From Candidatus Latescibacterota bacterium (lineage in GTDB: Bacteria; Latescibacterota; UBA2968), in contig OZ242311.1 in the NCBI GenBank assembly GCA_965207885.1, forward strand, positions 640,001 through 704,000: 64,000 nucleotides of DNA. The letters are read 5' to 3'. Under the pieces are notes generated by a model. That model ran no database searches. It saw only the letters and a list, made by a program, of their open reading frames with translations, and was not told the origin of the DNA. Below, in pieces: positions 1 to 9,184 of this stretch (position 1 is its first letter; each line of letters starts with the position of its first letter). A program made the translations under genes and the position numbers.

Positions 1-231
1 GTCGCGCATTTCTGTTTGTATCTGGGCGATGTCTCCGCCCGCTTTTTTTATTTGGGGGATTTGGGCGGAGACGCTGTTGCGTTTTGCGCGTAGCTGTCCG
101 GCTTCTGCGATGTGCGCGCGGCGCTTTTCATCCCAGACGAGCAGGTCCGTGAAGTCGATGTCGTCCATGCGTTTTTTTAATGCCCGGATGACGTATTCGG
201 GGTTTTTGCGGATGAGGTTGATGTCGAGCAT
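1..231 (-). CDS. serS: Serine--tRNA ligase, N-terminal part (runs off window)
   Basis: Manual translation MLDINLIRKNPEYVIRALKKRMDDIDFTDLLVWDEKRR matches the SerRS N-terminal coiled coil; AGGAG RBS upstream. Confidence 0.9.
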   Translation of the reverse strand, partial: MLDINLIRKNPEYVIRALKKRMDDIDFTDLLVWDEKRRAHIAEAGQLRAKRNSVSAQIPQIKKAGGDIAQIQTEMRD

Positions 232-408
232 GAAGGATTACTCCTGAAGAGAATAGGAAAAAATGTGCCAATTTGTTGGGTTACAGGTGGTCATTTTGAC
301 CATAATGTTCCATTTTTGCCACATGAATTTTTCAGCTATATATGAGCGTTTTAGGATAAGTTCTGTAAAATCAGCTATTAAAAAAAATAATATGAAAAAT
401 AATAAAAG

Positions 409-424
409 TGGCACGGGATTTGCT
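409..424 (+). promoter_or_regulatory. Sigma-54 (-24/-12) promoter
   Basis: TGGCAC-GGGAT-TTGCT fits the consensus spacing; AT-rich tract upstream and palindrome GGTCATTTTGACC at 289-301. Confidence 0.7.
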
Positions 425-472
425 TATAGATAAAGGTAAAGAAAAACTGTCACCCATAGAAGGAGATATTCC

Positions 473-640
473 ATGATGTGCATCGATCTGGAAAAACGCG
501 ACCAAATGGCTTATCGCGCGCTGTTTTATGCGATTCACGGTGATGTTGACCGGTCTGAAAAAATTCGGACAGTGCTGCGCCAGGATCGCGAGACACGGGA
601 ACGGGTTCCCGTTGCCACTCGTGAATTTGTTCCGGTTTAA
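473..640 (+). CDS. Small hypothetical protein (55 aa), absent from ORF track
   Basis: AAGGAG RBS then MMCIDLEKRDQMAYRALFYAIHGDVDRSEKIRTVLRQDRETRERVPVATREFVPV*; downstream of the sigma-54 motif. Confidence 0.6.
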   Translation: MMCIDLEKRDQMAYRALFYAIHGDVDRSEKIRTVLRQDRETRERVPVATREFVPV

Positions 641-1761
641 ATGAGACCTCTTTGCTGTAGTGAGGCTTGCGCTTTTGCAAAGCCGTCTATGGCTTCGCGG
701 TCTCGTCCCCATTCGACGAGTTCTTCCATGCCGTGTTGAAAACTGACACTGGGCTTTAAGCCCAGTGTTTTTTTTATGCGCGAGATGTCGGCAATGCTGT
801 GGCGGGTGTCGCCCTGGCGATAGGTGCCGGGGATGTGGGGCGCGAGGTGTTCAGTGCCCAGGATATTGGACAGGGTCAAGGCGATGTGTTCAATGGATGT
901 GCCGATTCCGCTGCCGACGTTGAAGGCCTGATAATCTCCTTCAGATTTTTCCATGGCGAGGATGTTGGCCCGTACGATGTCGTGGACGGAGATGAAGTCG
1001 CGCGATTGTTTGCCGTCTTCGTAGATGACGGGTCTTTTGTTGTTTTTGAGGCGGCTCATGAAGATGGCAGTGACACCCGTATAGGGGTTGGAGAGCGATT
1101 GCCGGGGTCCAAAGATGTTGAAGTAGCGCAGGGCTACTGAGGGTATTTTGTAGGCGCGACCTATGTTGAGGACCATGTCTTCTTGATGCGTTTTGGTTTG
1201 TGCGTAGATGGTGTGGCATAAGCGTTCGGTGTCTTCGGGTACAGGTGCTGGAAGCATGTCCTTTTTGCATACGGGACACTTGTGTTCCCAGTTGGCTCTT
1301 TTTAGCTGGTTTTCTGGACGGAGACCAGGGTGTTGTGGACCGTGTTCTGCACATGTGTAGCGGCCCTCGCCATAGCTGGTTTGCGAGGCTGCGACGATGA
1401 GTTTTTCAATGTTGTGTTTGTTGTTGACGAGGATGTCGAGCAGGTTCGCCGTGCCTCCGGTGTTGACGTCAACGTATTTTTTAATTTCGTATTGCGATTG
1501 TCCCACGCCAACGGCGGCGGCTTTGTGGAAGATGATTTCAATGCCTTGAAGGGCTTTTTTCAAGGCGTCGTAATCGCGGATGTCGGCCTGGATAAATTCG
1601 GCATGGGGGTTGGCGTAATCCGGCAATTCGCGGTTGGGGTGTACCTGTGGGTCCAGGTTGTCAAAGATGCGTACGCGGTGCCCGCGCTGTACGAGTTTAT
1701 CGACGAGGTAAGAGCCTACAAATCCCATGCCGCCGGTTACGAGGATGTTTTTGGTGGTCAT
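637..1761 (-). CDS. NAD-dependent nucleotide-sugar epimerase/dehydratase
   Basis: VTGGMGFVGS Rossmann motif, YAQTK (YxxxK), LRYFNIFGP. Confidence 0.9.
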   Translation of the reverse strand: MTTKNILVTGGMGFVGSYLVDKLVQRGHRVRIFDNLDPQVHPNRELPDYANPHAEFIQADIRDYDALKKALQGIEIIFHKAAAVGVGQSQYEIKKYVDVNTGGTANLLDILVNNKHNIEKLIVAASQTSYGEGRYTCAEHGPQHPGLRPENQLKRANWEHKCPVCKKDMLPAPVPEDTERLCHTIYAQTKTHQEDMVLNIGRAYKIPSVALRYFNIFGPRQSLSNPYTGVTAIFMSRLKNNKRPVIYEDGKQSRDFISVHDIVRANILAMEKSEGDYQAFNVGSGIGTSIEHIALTLSNILGTEHLAPHIPGTYRQGDTRHSIADISRIKKTLGLKPSVSFQHGMEELVEWGRDREAIDGFAKAQASLQQRGLI

Positions 1762-2691
1762 TTATTCAAGAATTTTTCGAATGTTGAATTTTTCATTGGG
1801 CTGTGGTCCCCGGGTCAGCATGTCGGCGAGCAGGCCCGTGCAGACGAATTGCACACCGAGTACGGTGAGAAAGACCCCGAGCATCAGGAGGGGATACCGG
1901 TATTGAATGGTGCCGGTTTGGAGCCATAGGGATGCGATGTATGCGTTGATGAGCATGCCTATGGTGCCAAAGATGAGGCCCACTGTGCCAAAGAGGTGGA
2001 GGGGACGGCCCATGTATTTGCCGATGTACATGACGGTGAGGAGGTCTAAAAATCCTTTGAGCAGGCGCCCCCAGCCGTATTTGGTTACGCCGTATTGTCG
2101 CGGGTGGTGCTGGACGGGAATTTCACCGATGCGATATCCTTCCATGTGGGCGAGTACGGGGATGTAGCGGTGGAGTTCGCCGAGTACGCGTATGTCTTTT
2201 GTGACTTCACTGCGATAGATTTTGAGGCCGCAGTTAAAGTCGTGTATGTCAATGCCCGATACAAAGCCCGTGACCCAGTTGAAGAATTTGGAGGGCAGGG
2301 TTTTGCCCAGTGGGTCAAAGCGTTTTTTCTTCCATCCAGAGACGAGGTCATAGCCTTCTTCGATTTTGGCCAGCAGGTTGGGGATTTCTGCCGGGTCGTC
2401 TTGCAGGTCGGCGTCCATGGTGATGATGTATGTGCCGCGTGCGCGTTGAAATCCAGCGGTATAAGCTGCGGCTTTGCCAAAGTTGCGTCGGAATTGGATG
2501 ACTTTGACTTCGGGGTAGGTGTTGTGCAGGTCTTCCAATACGGCGATTGACCCGTCGGTGCTGCCGTCGTCAATGAAGATGACTTCGTAGGTACGGTCCT
2601 GGGTGGCGAGCACGCCGCGGATTTGTTCCATGAGCGGGCGCAGGCTTTCTTCTTCGTTGAGCAGGGGTATGACGAGGCTGAGGTCGGGCAT
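1762..2691 (-). CDS. Glycosyltransferase family 2 (ArnC/polyprenol-phosphate glycosyltransferase-like)
   Basis: VIPLLNEEE, DDGSTD, RRNFGKAAA, MDADLQDDP, two C-terminal TM helices. Confidence 0.9.
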   Translation of the reverse strand: MPDLSLVIPLLNEEESLRPLMEQIRGVLATQDRTYEVIFIDDGSTDGSIAVLEDLHNTYPEVKVIQFRRNFGKAAAYTAGFQRARGTYIITMDADLQDDPAEIPNLLAKIEEGYDLVSGWKKKRFDPLGKTLPSKFFNWVTGFVSGIDIHDFNCGLKIYRSEVTKDIRVLGELHRYIPVLAHMEGYRIGEIPVQHHPRQYGVTKYGWGRLLKGFLDLLTVMYIGKYMGRPLHLFGTVGLIFGTIGMLINAYIASLWLQTGTIQYRYPLLMLGVFLTVLGVQFVCTGLLADMLTRGPQPNEKFNIRKILE

Positions 2692-2778
2692 GGGGCGCGT
2701 GTTGTTGAGGTTAGAGGATTAGAGTTAAAAGACAAAGATAGCAAAGGGCGCGTTTTTTTACAAATGTGAATCGGGTGT

Positions 2779-4308
2779 TCATTTAAATTTTAAGACGTAG
2801 GTGTTGGGATTGCGTGCGATGTGGATGATTTTAAAGCGGTTTTCATGTGTCTGGATGGCGGGGACGAGAAATTCGGGTGTGGACTGATATCCAATCCGGT
2901 CGATGACGACGATGTCGATGTTTTTTTGTTCAAATTCGGCAATCACCTCATCTGGTGTTTTCCAGGCGTAGCCCGTGGCTTTGCGGTTGGCTATTGCGTT
3001 CATGAGATACGGCTTGCGGCAGGCGATTTTGACATCTGGATCGGTGTTGTCTTTAATCCATTCTGCAGCGGCAAAGTAAGTGTCCCAGTTGGGTGGTAAC
3101 CACCCGATGCGTTCGGCGAGATAGTTGGTCTCATAGATATTTGAGCCGAGGAGAAAGAGAAAAAAGAGTACGGTGCCCGCGCGCGAGGCGGTTTTTTTGA
3201 GTGCTCGGGCGAGAAGTCGGAGCAGTTCGTCCATGCTGGTGAGGATGGCGTAGAAGAGGATGGGTATGGCCGGGACGAGAAAGCGCGTGTCGGACCACGT
3301 ATCAGGCCAGAGGATGTAGAGGCCCAGATAGCAGGTGAGGTACACGATGAGCAAGTGCCGTTTTATGAGTCCGACGATCAGGGCGTATAGGATCAGGGCG
3401 GAGAAGAAGATTCCGACGCCGAAGAAAGAGTCGGTGTCGATAGAAAAGGGTAGCAAGATGTAGGGGATGACGAGTTGGCTGTAGAGTTCGAGATTTGCGA
3501 GGATGCGTTCGATCAGGGCGGTGAATGTGAGCATGCCCTCTTCCGGGCGATAGGGGTTTATGCTGAGTAGTTGTTCGATGTAGGGCGTGCCGCCGAGTGA
3601 TGCGTTGCGGATTTGATAGGGCAGGGCGAGGAGGACGCTGCCTATGGCGATGAGTCCCGCTTCTTTCCATTTTTTGTGCAGGGCAAAGAAGAAGATGCCG
3701 GTGCCGATGAGGATGAGTCCCGCGCTGCGAATGTAGTAGGCAGCGATTATGGCGATGATTGCAGGGGCGAGTGCGGATAGGGTATCGGACTTGTGTGCGC
3801 GGTGGAGGAGGAGGAGTGCTATGAGAGAAAATAGGAGAAAGGGGATTTCGGACATGACCTGGTGCGAGTAATCCAACAGGAGAGGGGAGGCGAGACATAG
3901 CGCGCTTACGCCGAGTGCCATGGGGGGACTGGCAAAGCGGCGGATGAGGAGATAGGTGAGGGGGATTGAGATGGCGTAGAGGAGGAGGACGAGGCTTTTG
4001 AGTGCGATGAGGTTGCTCGGAAAGATGATGTGGGTGATGGCGAGGAGGAGCGGAAATCCAAAGGGGTATTTGGTGTGTGGGATGGGTTCGCCTTCTATGG
4101 TTTCCGAGAGTCCATACCCATCGGCAAGGGATCGCCCCAGGTTGATGAATTGGGCATTGTCGCCAGTGAGGGATAGGTTGGCGTCGAAGAGGAGAATGCC
4201 CATGAACAAACCGCACAGGCCCAGCGCGGGCAAGAAATAGGGTTTGTTTTCGTGCTGCGCGAGGTTAAAGAGGGGAGAGGATGTCTTTTGTTGGCGTTTT
4301 TTGTTCAT
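2779..4308 (-). CDS. GT-C fold membrane glycosyltransferase (ArnT/PMT-like)
   Basis: Polytopic; GDNAQF first-loop motif, KYPFGFP, MSEIPF, RFLVP. Confidence 0.7.
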   Translation of the reverse strand: MNKKRQQKTSSPLFNLAQHENKPYFLPALGLCGLFMGILLFDANLSLTGDNAQFINLGRSLADGYGLSETIEGEPIPHTKYPFGFPLLLAITHIIFPSNLIALKSLVLLLYAISIPLTYLLIRRFASPPMALGVSALCLASPLLLDYSHQVMSEIPFLLFSLIALLLLHRAHKSDTLSALAPAIIAIIAAYYIRSAGLILIGTGIFFFALHKKWKEAGLIAIGSVLLALPYQIRNASLGGTPYIEQLLSINPYRPEEGMLTFTALIERILANLELYSQLVIPYILLPFSIDTDSFFGVGIFFSALILYALIVGLIKRHLLIVYLTCYLGLYILWPDTWSDTRFLVPAIPILFYAILTSMDELLRLLARALKKTASRAGTVLFFLFLLGSNIYETNYLAERIGWLPPNWDTYFAAAEWIKDNTDPDVKIACRKPYLMNAIANRKATGYAWKTPDEVIAEFEQKNIDIVVIDRIGYQSTPEFLVPAIQTHENRFKIIHIARNPNTYVLKFK

Positions 4309-4415
4309 GATAGGTAACTTTTTATTTGTTATTTTTATATAAAGCGTTTGATTGAGAATTCACAGGTTTTAGAATATGCTACCGGAAAATTCAATACCTA
4401 AAATTATTCACACGA

Positions 4416-5516
4416 TTGGAAAAGGAGAATGCCGTTTTGAAAATTGCCATTACCGTTGAGGCACTAAAAAATGAATATTTCGCGGGGGTTGAGCAGTATA
4501 TCTCCAATCTCACTTACCAGCTTTTAAATCGTAGTGAGCTTGCTTTGACGCTTATTGCACCATCAGGTCTTCCTCATTCTCTTTTTCCTGCTCATACCCG
4601 TGTGATCTACCATGATCCGACTCTGGTATTGGGGAGCGGTCTTTTTTCGGCTGTTTTTTTTCCACCCAAAAATCTTTCAAATTTCGATCTGGTTCATTGT
4701 CCCACAGTGACTGCGCCATTTTTTTTTCGTCCCAATGCCAGGGTCGTTATGACCGTTCACGACCTGATTCCCCTTCTTTTTCCCAGGTGGCAGACTACCA
4801 GAAGGGTCCTTTATTTTAAATATTTTTTGAAGTATCGATTCCGGTTTGTGGATCGTTTTATTGCCGTTAGCAACACCACCAAACAGGATCTCATTGATCT
4901 CTTCGAGATACCTGATCACAAGATTGATGTGGTCTATGAAGGGGTTTCTGAGCGGTTTAGACCAATAGAAAAAAAAAGGGAAGACTTTATCCTAACTGTT
5001 GGTACTCTGGAGCCGAGAAAAAATTTCAAGAGAATCATTGAAGCCTATATCTCCCTTCGGACAGAAGAAAAGATCAGTGACAAACTGATTATTGTAGGAA
5101 AAAAAGGGTGGCTTTTCGACGATATTTTGGCCATTCCAGGAGCGTTCCAGGATGACATTATCTTCAAAGGCTATGTATCTGAAGATGAGTTGATTCGCCT
5201 ATTTCAGACCGCACGGTTTTTTATTTATCCTTCAATGTACGAAGGGTTCGGCCTTCCTATTCTCGAGGCCATGGCTTGTGGATGCCCTGTCATAACGAGT
5301 AATACATCGAGTATGCCCGAAGTGGCGGGCGACGCAGCCTCTCTCGTAGATCCTTACCGGATAGAAGAGATAAAGAACGCTATGTACACTCTGACAAATG
5401 ATGCAGGATTGTGTACTAAAATGAGTGCTGAAGGAATTCGCAGAGCTTCACAGTTTTCATGGCAGCGTGCCGCCGAGCAAACCTCTCAAGTGTATGAAGA
5501 GGTACTGGCTCTTTGA
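4416..5516 (+). CDS. Glycosyltransferase family 4
   Basis: TVHDLIP, VGTLEPRKN, YEGFGLPILEAMACG; AT-richer and opposite in orientation to neighbours. Confidence 0.9.
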   Translation: MEKENAVLKIAITVEALKNEYFAGVEQYISNLTYQLLNRSELALTLIAPSGLPHSLFPAHTRVIYHDPTLVLGSGLFSAVFFPPKNLSNFDLVHCPTVTAPFFFRPNARVVMTVHDLIPLLFPRWQTTRRVLYFKYFLKYRFRFVDRFIAVSNTTKQDLIDLFEIPDHKIDVVYEGVSERFRPIEKKREDFILTVGTLEPRKNFKRIIEAYISLRTEEKISDKLIIVGKKGWLFDDILAIPGAFQDDIIFKGYVSEDELIRLFQTARFFIYPSMYEGFGLPILEAMACGCPVITSNTSSMPEVAGDAASLVDPYRIEEIKNAMYTLTNDAGLCTKMSAEGIRRASQFSWQRAAEQTSQVYEEVLAL

Positions 5517-5521
5517 ACGCC

Positions 5522-6475
5522 CTATGATACGCTATTAAAAAATTCTTCATACTGCGATGCCACGAGCCGGTGATCGCATTTGGCCAGTACGTTTTCGCGC
5601 GCTTTGCGGCCTATTTTCGGGTTGACGGGTGTGCTGGTGAGTTGGAGTATTTGTTTGGCAAAGGCGTCGGTGTCGTAACGGGGAATGAGGTACCCGCTTT
5701 TTCCGTGTTCTATGACTTCGTGCAGGGATGGGAGATCAAATGCGACGATGTTGCGCCCGAGTGCCATTGCGCCCAATAGCGAGTGCGGGATGAGGTTGAA
5801 GGTGGTGGTGATTACGACGCACCGCGCTCTGGCCTGGTAGTCGGGCATTTCGTTTTGGGGGAGGGCGCGTTTGGAGACATTGGGATAGTTGTTAGGGTCG
5901 ATTTCGGGATTGACGCCCAGGAATTCGAAGTGTACTTCGGGGTCTTGTTCATAGACTTTGTGCATGATGGGTTCCAGGTATTCCCATCCCATGATGTCGC
6001 GCGATGCAAAGTGATTGCCCACGCATAAGACGCGCTTGGGGTCGGGGTCTTCTTCTCTTAAGGTGAAGATGTCGGCATCGACCGGACAGTACATGACTGC
6101 TGAGTCTATGTTCCAGCGTTTCAGGAGATATTCGCGGCCCCATTCGCATACGCTGACTTGATGTGCGAATTTGTAAACGGTTCCCGCAAATCGCTTGATT
6201 GACGGAATCCACCAGTGGGTGAGTACTATGGGAATACCGGGGCGGAATTTTTTCCATTTGTACAAAAAGGCCTGTCCCACGTCCTGCGTTGAGCCGACCC
6301 ATAAGACATCGGGATTTTTCGGCCATTCGCGTTTGACGCCCTGGGCTACTGGTGCGCGTGTTTCATCCCATTTTCCAACGCCTTCGGTGAGATAGATTTC
6401 ATGTCCGCGTGCAACCCATTCGCGCAACAAACTTTCCTGTACGCCTTCATGGCAGGCATAGACCTGGATTTTCAT
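5522..6475 (-). CDS. Glycosyltransferase family 4 (divergent)
   Basis: C-terminal GT-B signature SLLGAMALGRNIVAFDLPSLHEVIEHGKSGYL; start placed at MKIQVY. Confidence 0.75.
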   Translation of the reverse strand: MKIQVYACHEGVQESLLREWVARGHEIYLTEGVGKWDETRAPVAQGVKREWPKNPDVLWVGSTQDVGQAFLYKWKKFRPGIPIVLTHWWIPSIKRFAGTVYKFAHQVSVCEWGREYLLKRWNIDSAVMYCPVDADIFTLREEDPDPKRVLCVGNHFASRDIMGWEYLEPIMHKVYEQDPEVHFEFLGVNPEIDPNNYPNVSKRALPQNEMPDYQARARCVVITTTFNLIPHSLLGAMALGRNIVAFDLPSLHEVIEHGKSGYLIPRYDTDAFAKQILQLTSTPVNPKIGRKARENVLAKCDHRLVASQYEEFFNSVS

Positions 6476-6491
6476 AATAAAGTTCTCCGGA

Positions 6492-7544
6492 TTATATGAG
6501 CCGTTTCTGCCAGCTTGAGACAATTTCGGCAAAGGTGTCTTCGAGTGTTTTTGTGATGTCCCAGTTGGGGTAGTGCGATTTCATTTTGCGAAGGTCGCTG
6601 TAATAGCATATATGGTCGCCTTCGCGGTTCTGGTCGGTATAGGTGTATTGCATTTTTTTTCCGGAATACCGGGCGACGAGGTCAAATGCTTCGAGGATGG
6701 AGCAACTGTTGTTTTTTCCGCCGCCGAGGTTATAGACCTCGCCGCATTGGGGGGATTGGACAAAGGCCCACATGAAACGGGCAACGTCGAGGGCGTGGAT
6801 ATTGTCGCGTACCTGTTTGCCTTTGTAACCGAAGATGGTGTACGTGCGGCCCTCCATGTTGCATTTGACCAGGTAGCTCAAGAAGCCGTGTAGTTCAACG
6901 CCGCTGTGATTGGGTCCGGTGAGGCATCCGCCGCGCAGGCAACAGGTGGGCATGTCAAAATAACGCCCGTATTCCTGTACCATGATGTCGGCGGCGACTT
7001 TGGATGCGCCAAAGAGCGAGTGTTTGGATTGGTCAATGGTAAATGTTTCGGGGATGCCGTGTTTGTACGCGGGGTCGTCGTAATCCCATCGGGTGTCCAG
7101 TTCTTTTAAGGGGATGTGGTTGGGGGCATCGCCATAGACTTTGTTGGTGGACATGTGGATAAAGGGGGATTCGGGACAGGTTTGACGCGCGGCTTCGAGG
7201 AGGTTGAGCGTGCCGACGGCGTTGGTGTCAAAGTCGTCAAAGGGGATGCGTGCGGCGAGGTCGTGCGAGGGTTGGGCGGCTGCGTGTACGATGGCGCTGG
7301 GTTTTATATGGGATAGGAGTTCGCAAATGCCCGTGCGGTCACGGATGTCTATTTCGTGATGGTGGAAGTGTTTTAAGACGCTGTTCAGGCGCTTTTGATT
7401 CCAGCGCGTGTCTCCTTGGGGACCAAAAAAGACGGCGCGCTGGTTGTTGTCAATGCCGTGGATAATATATCCCTGTTCGGCAAAATAGACGCAGACTTCT
7501 GAGCCGATGAGGCCCGATGAACCAGTGACGAGAAGGGTTTTCAT
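6492..7544 (-). CDS. NAD-dependent epimerase, CDP-paratose 2-epimerase (RfbE)-like
   Basis: [43 protein letters not shown]. Confidence 0.8.
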   Translation of the reverse strand: MKTLLVTGSSGLIGSEVCVYFAEQGYIIHGIDNNQRAVFFGPQGDTRWNQKRLNSVLKHFHHHEIDIRDRTGICELLSHIKPSAIVHAAAQPSHDLAARIPFDDFDTNAVGTLNLLEAARQTCPESPFIHMSTNKVYGDAPNHIPLKELDTRWDYDDPAYKHGIPETFTIDQSKHSLFGASKVAADIMVQEYGRYFDMPTCCLRGGCLTGPNHSGVELHGFLSYLVKCNMEGRTYTIFGYKGKQVRDNIHALDVARFMWAFVQSPQCGEVYNLGGGKNNSCSILEAFDLVARYSGKKMQYTYTDQNREGDHICYYSDLRKMKSHYPNWDITKTLEDTFAEIVSSWQKRLI

Positions 7545-7663
7545 GGATGCGCTTTTAGTCCGTGACTTGGTCGATGGATAGTAAGATTGAGAGGAAAAAC
7601 ATAGGGTTTTGAGGGAGAAAGGTCAAGCGATCAAATGGTGGGGGCGAACCTATGTGTTCGTCC

Positions 7664-9184
7664 CTATTTTTTTGTAATAGCGCGGATGACGGTTTTGATT
7701 TCGTCGATGAGTGTTTTGCGTTCGACGATGAGGAGGCCCGAACCATAACCCGTGGTGAAGATCGCGCTGCCTGCGAGGACGCCTATTGGGATTGGCAATG
7801 TGTTGAGCCATTCGGCACAGGCAATGTGCATGCCCGTGCCGATGGTTGCGGCGATGAGCGGGGGCGCGAATGTTTTGGCGATGGGGATATCGACATATGC
7901 GCGTACGAGGATGAGTGCGAGGATGAGGCCGACAATGGCGATGGCGTTCATGCTTATGGCGATGCCTACGGCTCCCATGTGATGGGCGAGATAGGGGGCG
8001 AGGATGAGGAGGATGAGGGCTTGCGCCGCAGAGAATTTTGCAATGCTTTTGGGGCTGCCTGCGCTGTAGAATAGGGCGTGTACATCGTCGAGGATAGGAC
8101 GGCAGAGGGAGTAGATGATGAGCCATTGGAGCAGGGGAGCGGCAGGTGCCCAGTCGGGTTTGAAGATGTGTATCCATCGGTTGGCTTCAAGCGCGAGGAC
8201 GAGGGAGATGGGGACTGTAGTGCGGAGGATGAGGCGCGAGGTTCGGCGGTATGCTGCGGAGAGTTGGTCGCGGTTGTTCTGGTAGCGCGCGTACACTGTG
8301 GCGGTGATGCGTACGATGACCATGGTGATGGCCCCGCTGGGTATTTGTGCAAAATTGTGTGCGGCGTCGTATATGCCGCGCAGGCTTAGTCCGAAGAACA
8401 GGCTGATGATGAGTTTGTCGTAGTGTTGAATGAATATTTTGGGTATGCCGCCGATCCAGAACCAGACGCCGTAGCGGATCATGCGCCGCGCGGCTTGCGC
8501 GTTGAAGGTGTGTAGCTGGTTCAGGGGAGGGGGATGGCGGAGCCAGACGACGGTGCAATAGAAGAGGATATAGGTGACGCTGTATGGGAAAAATCCGAGG
8601 ATGAGTGCCCATTTGCCATATCCGAGGTAGGCAACGGCGAGGCCGACGAGGGCTGCGAGGATGGTTCCTCCTGCATGTGCAAAGGCGAGGCGTCCAAATT
8701 CGAGGTTGCGCTGTAGCTGGGTTTCGGCGGTGAGTGCGGCTGTTCGGAGGAGGTCGAATGCGCCCAGTATGCCCAGGGCTATGGCGACTTTGGGGTAGTT
8801 TTGAGTGTCTGTAAAGCCGAGGTAGGTGTTGAAGAGTTCAAAGAGGTGTTCGGAATAGAGGGCGATGCAGAGGGCGAGGAGTGTGCTGATACTGCCCAGG
8901 CTAATGCTGAGTACAAAGTGCGTGGGTGCGAATTCATGGACGTTGTCGTGTTCGTGCAAGAGGGCGAAGTGTAAGCCGAGGTCTCGAATGGCGATGACAA
9001 GGGCGAGGATCGAATAGGCTGTGGTGATGGCGCCAAAGTCTTCGGGGACGAGAATCTGGTAGAGCAGGAGGAGGACCGCGAAGTTGATGAGGCGCGCGGG
9101 ATAGGTGCTGCCGAAGGTTTGTATCGCGCCGTGCGCTATGCGCTGGATGGCGGATGCTTCAGTTGGTGTTGTCGGTTTTTTCAT
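7664..9184 (-). CDS. Oligosaccharide flippase (Wzx/PST, MOP superfamily)
   Basis: About 12-14 TM helices, ILVPEDFG motif, LQRNLEF. Confidence 0.85.
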   Translation of the reverse strand: MKKPTTPTEASAIQRIAHGAIQTFGSTYPARLINFAVLLLLYQILVPEDFGAITTAYSILALVIAIRDLGLHFALLHEHDNVHEFAPTHFVLSISLGSISTLLALCIALYSEHLFELFNTYLGFTDTQNYPKVAIALGILGAFDLLRTAALTAETQLQRNLEFGRLAFAHAGGTILAALVGLAVAYLGYGKWALILGFFPYSVTYILFYCTVVWLRHPPPLNQLHTFNAQAARRMIRYGVWFWIGGIPKIFIQHYDKLIISLFFGLSLRGIYDAAHNFAQIPSGAITMVIVRITATVYARYQNNRDQLSAAYRRTSRLILRTTVPISLVLALEANRWIHIFKPDWAPAAPLLQWLIIYSLCRPILDDVHALFYSAGSPKSIAKFSAAQALILLILAPYLAHHMGAVGIAISMNAIAIVGLILALILVRAYVDIPIAKTFAPPLIAATIGTGMHIACAEWLNTLPIPIGVLAGSAIFTTGYGSGLLIVERKTLIDEIKTVIRAITKK

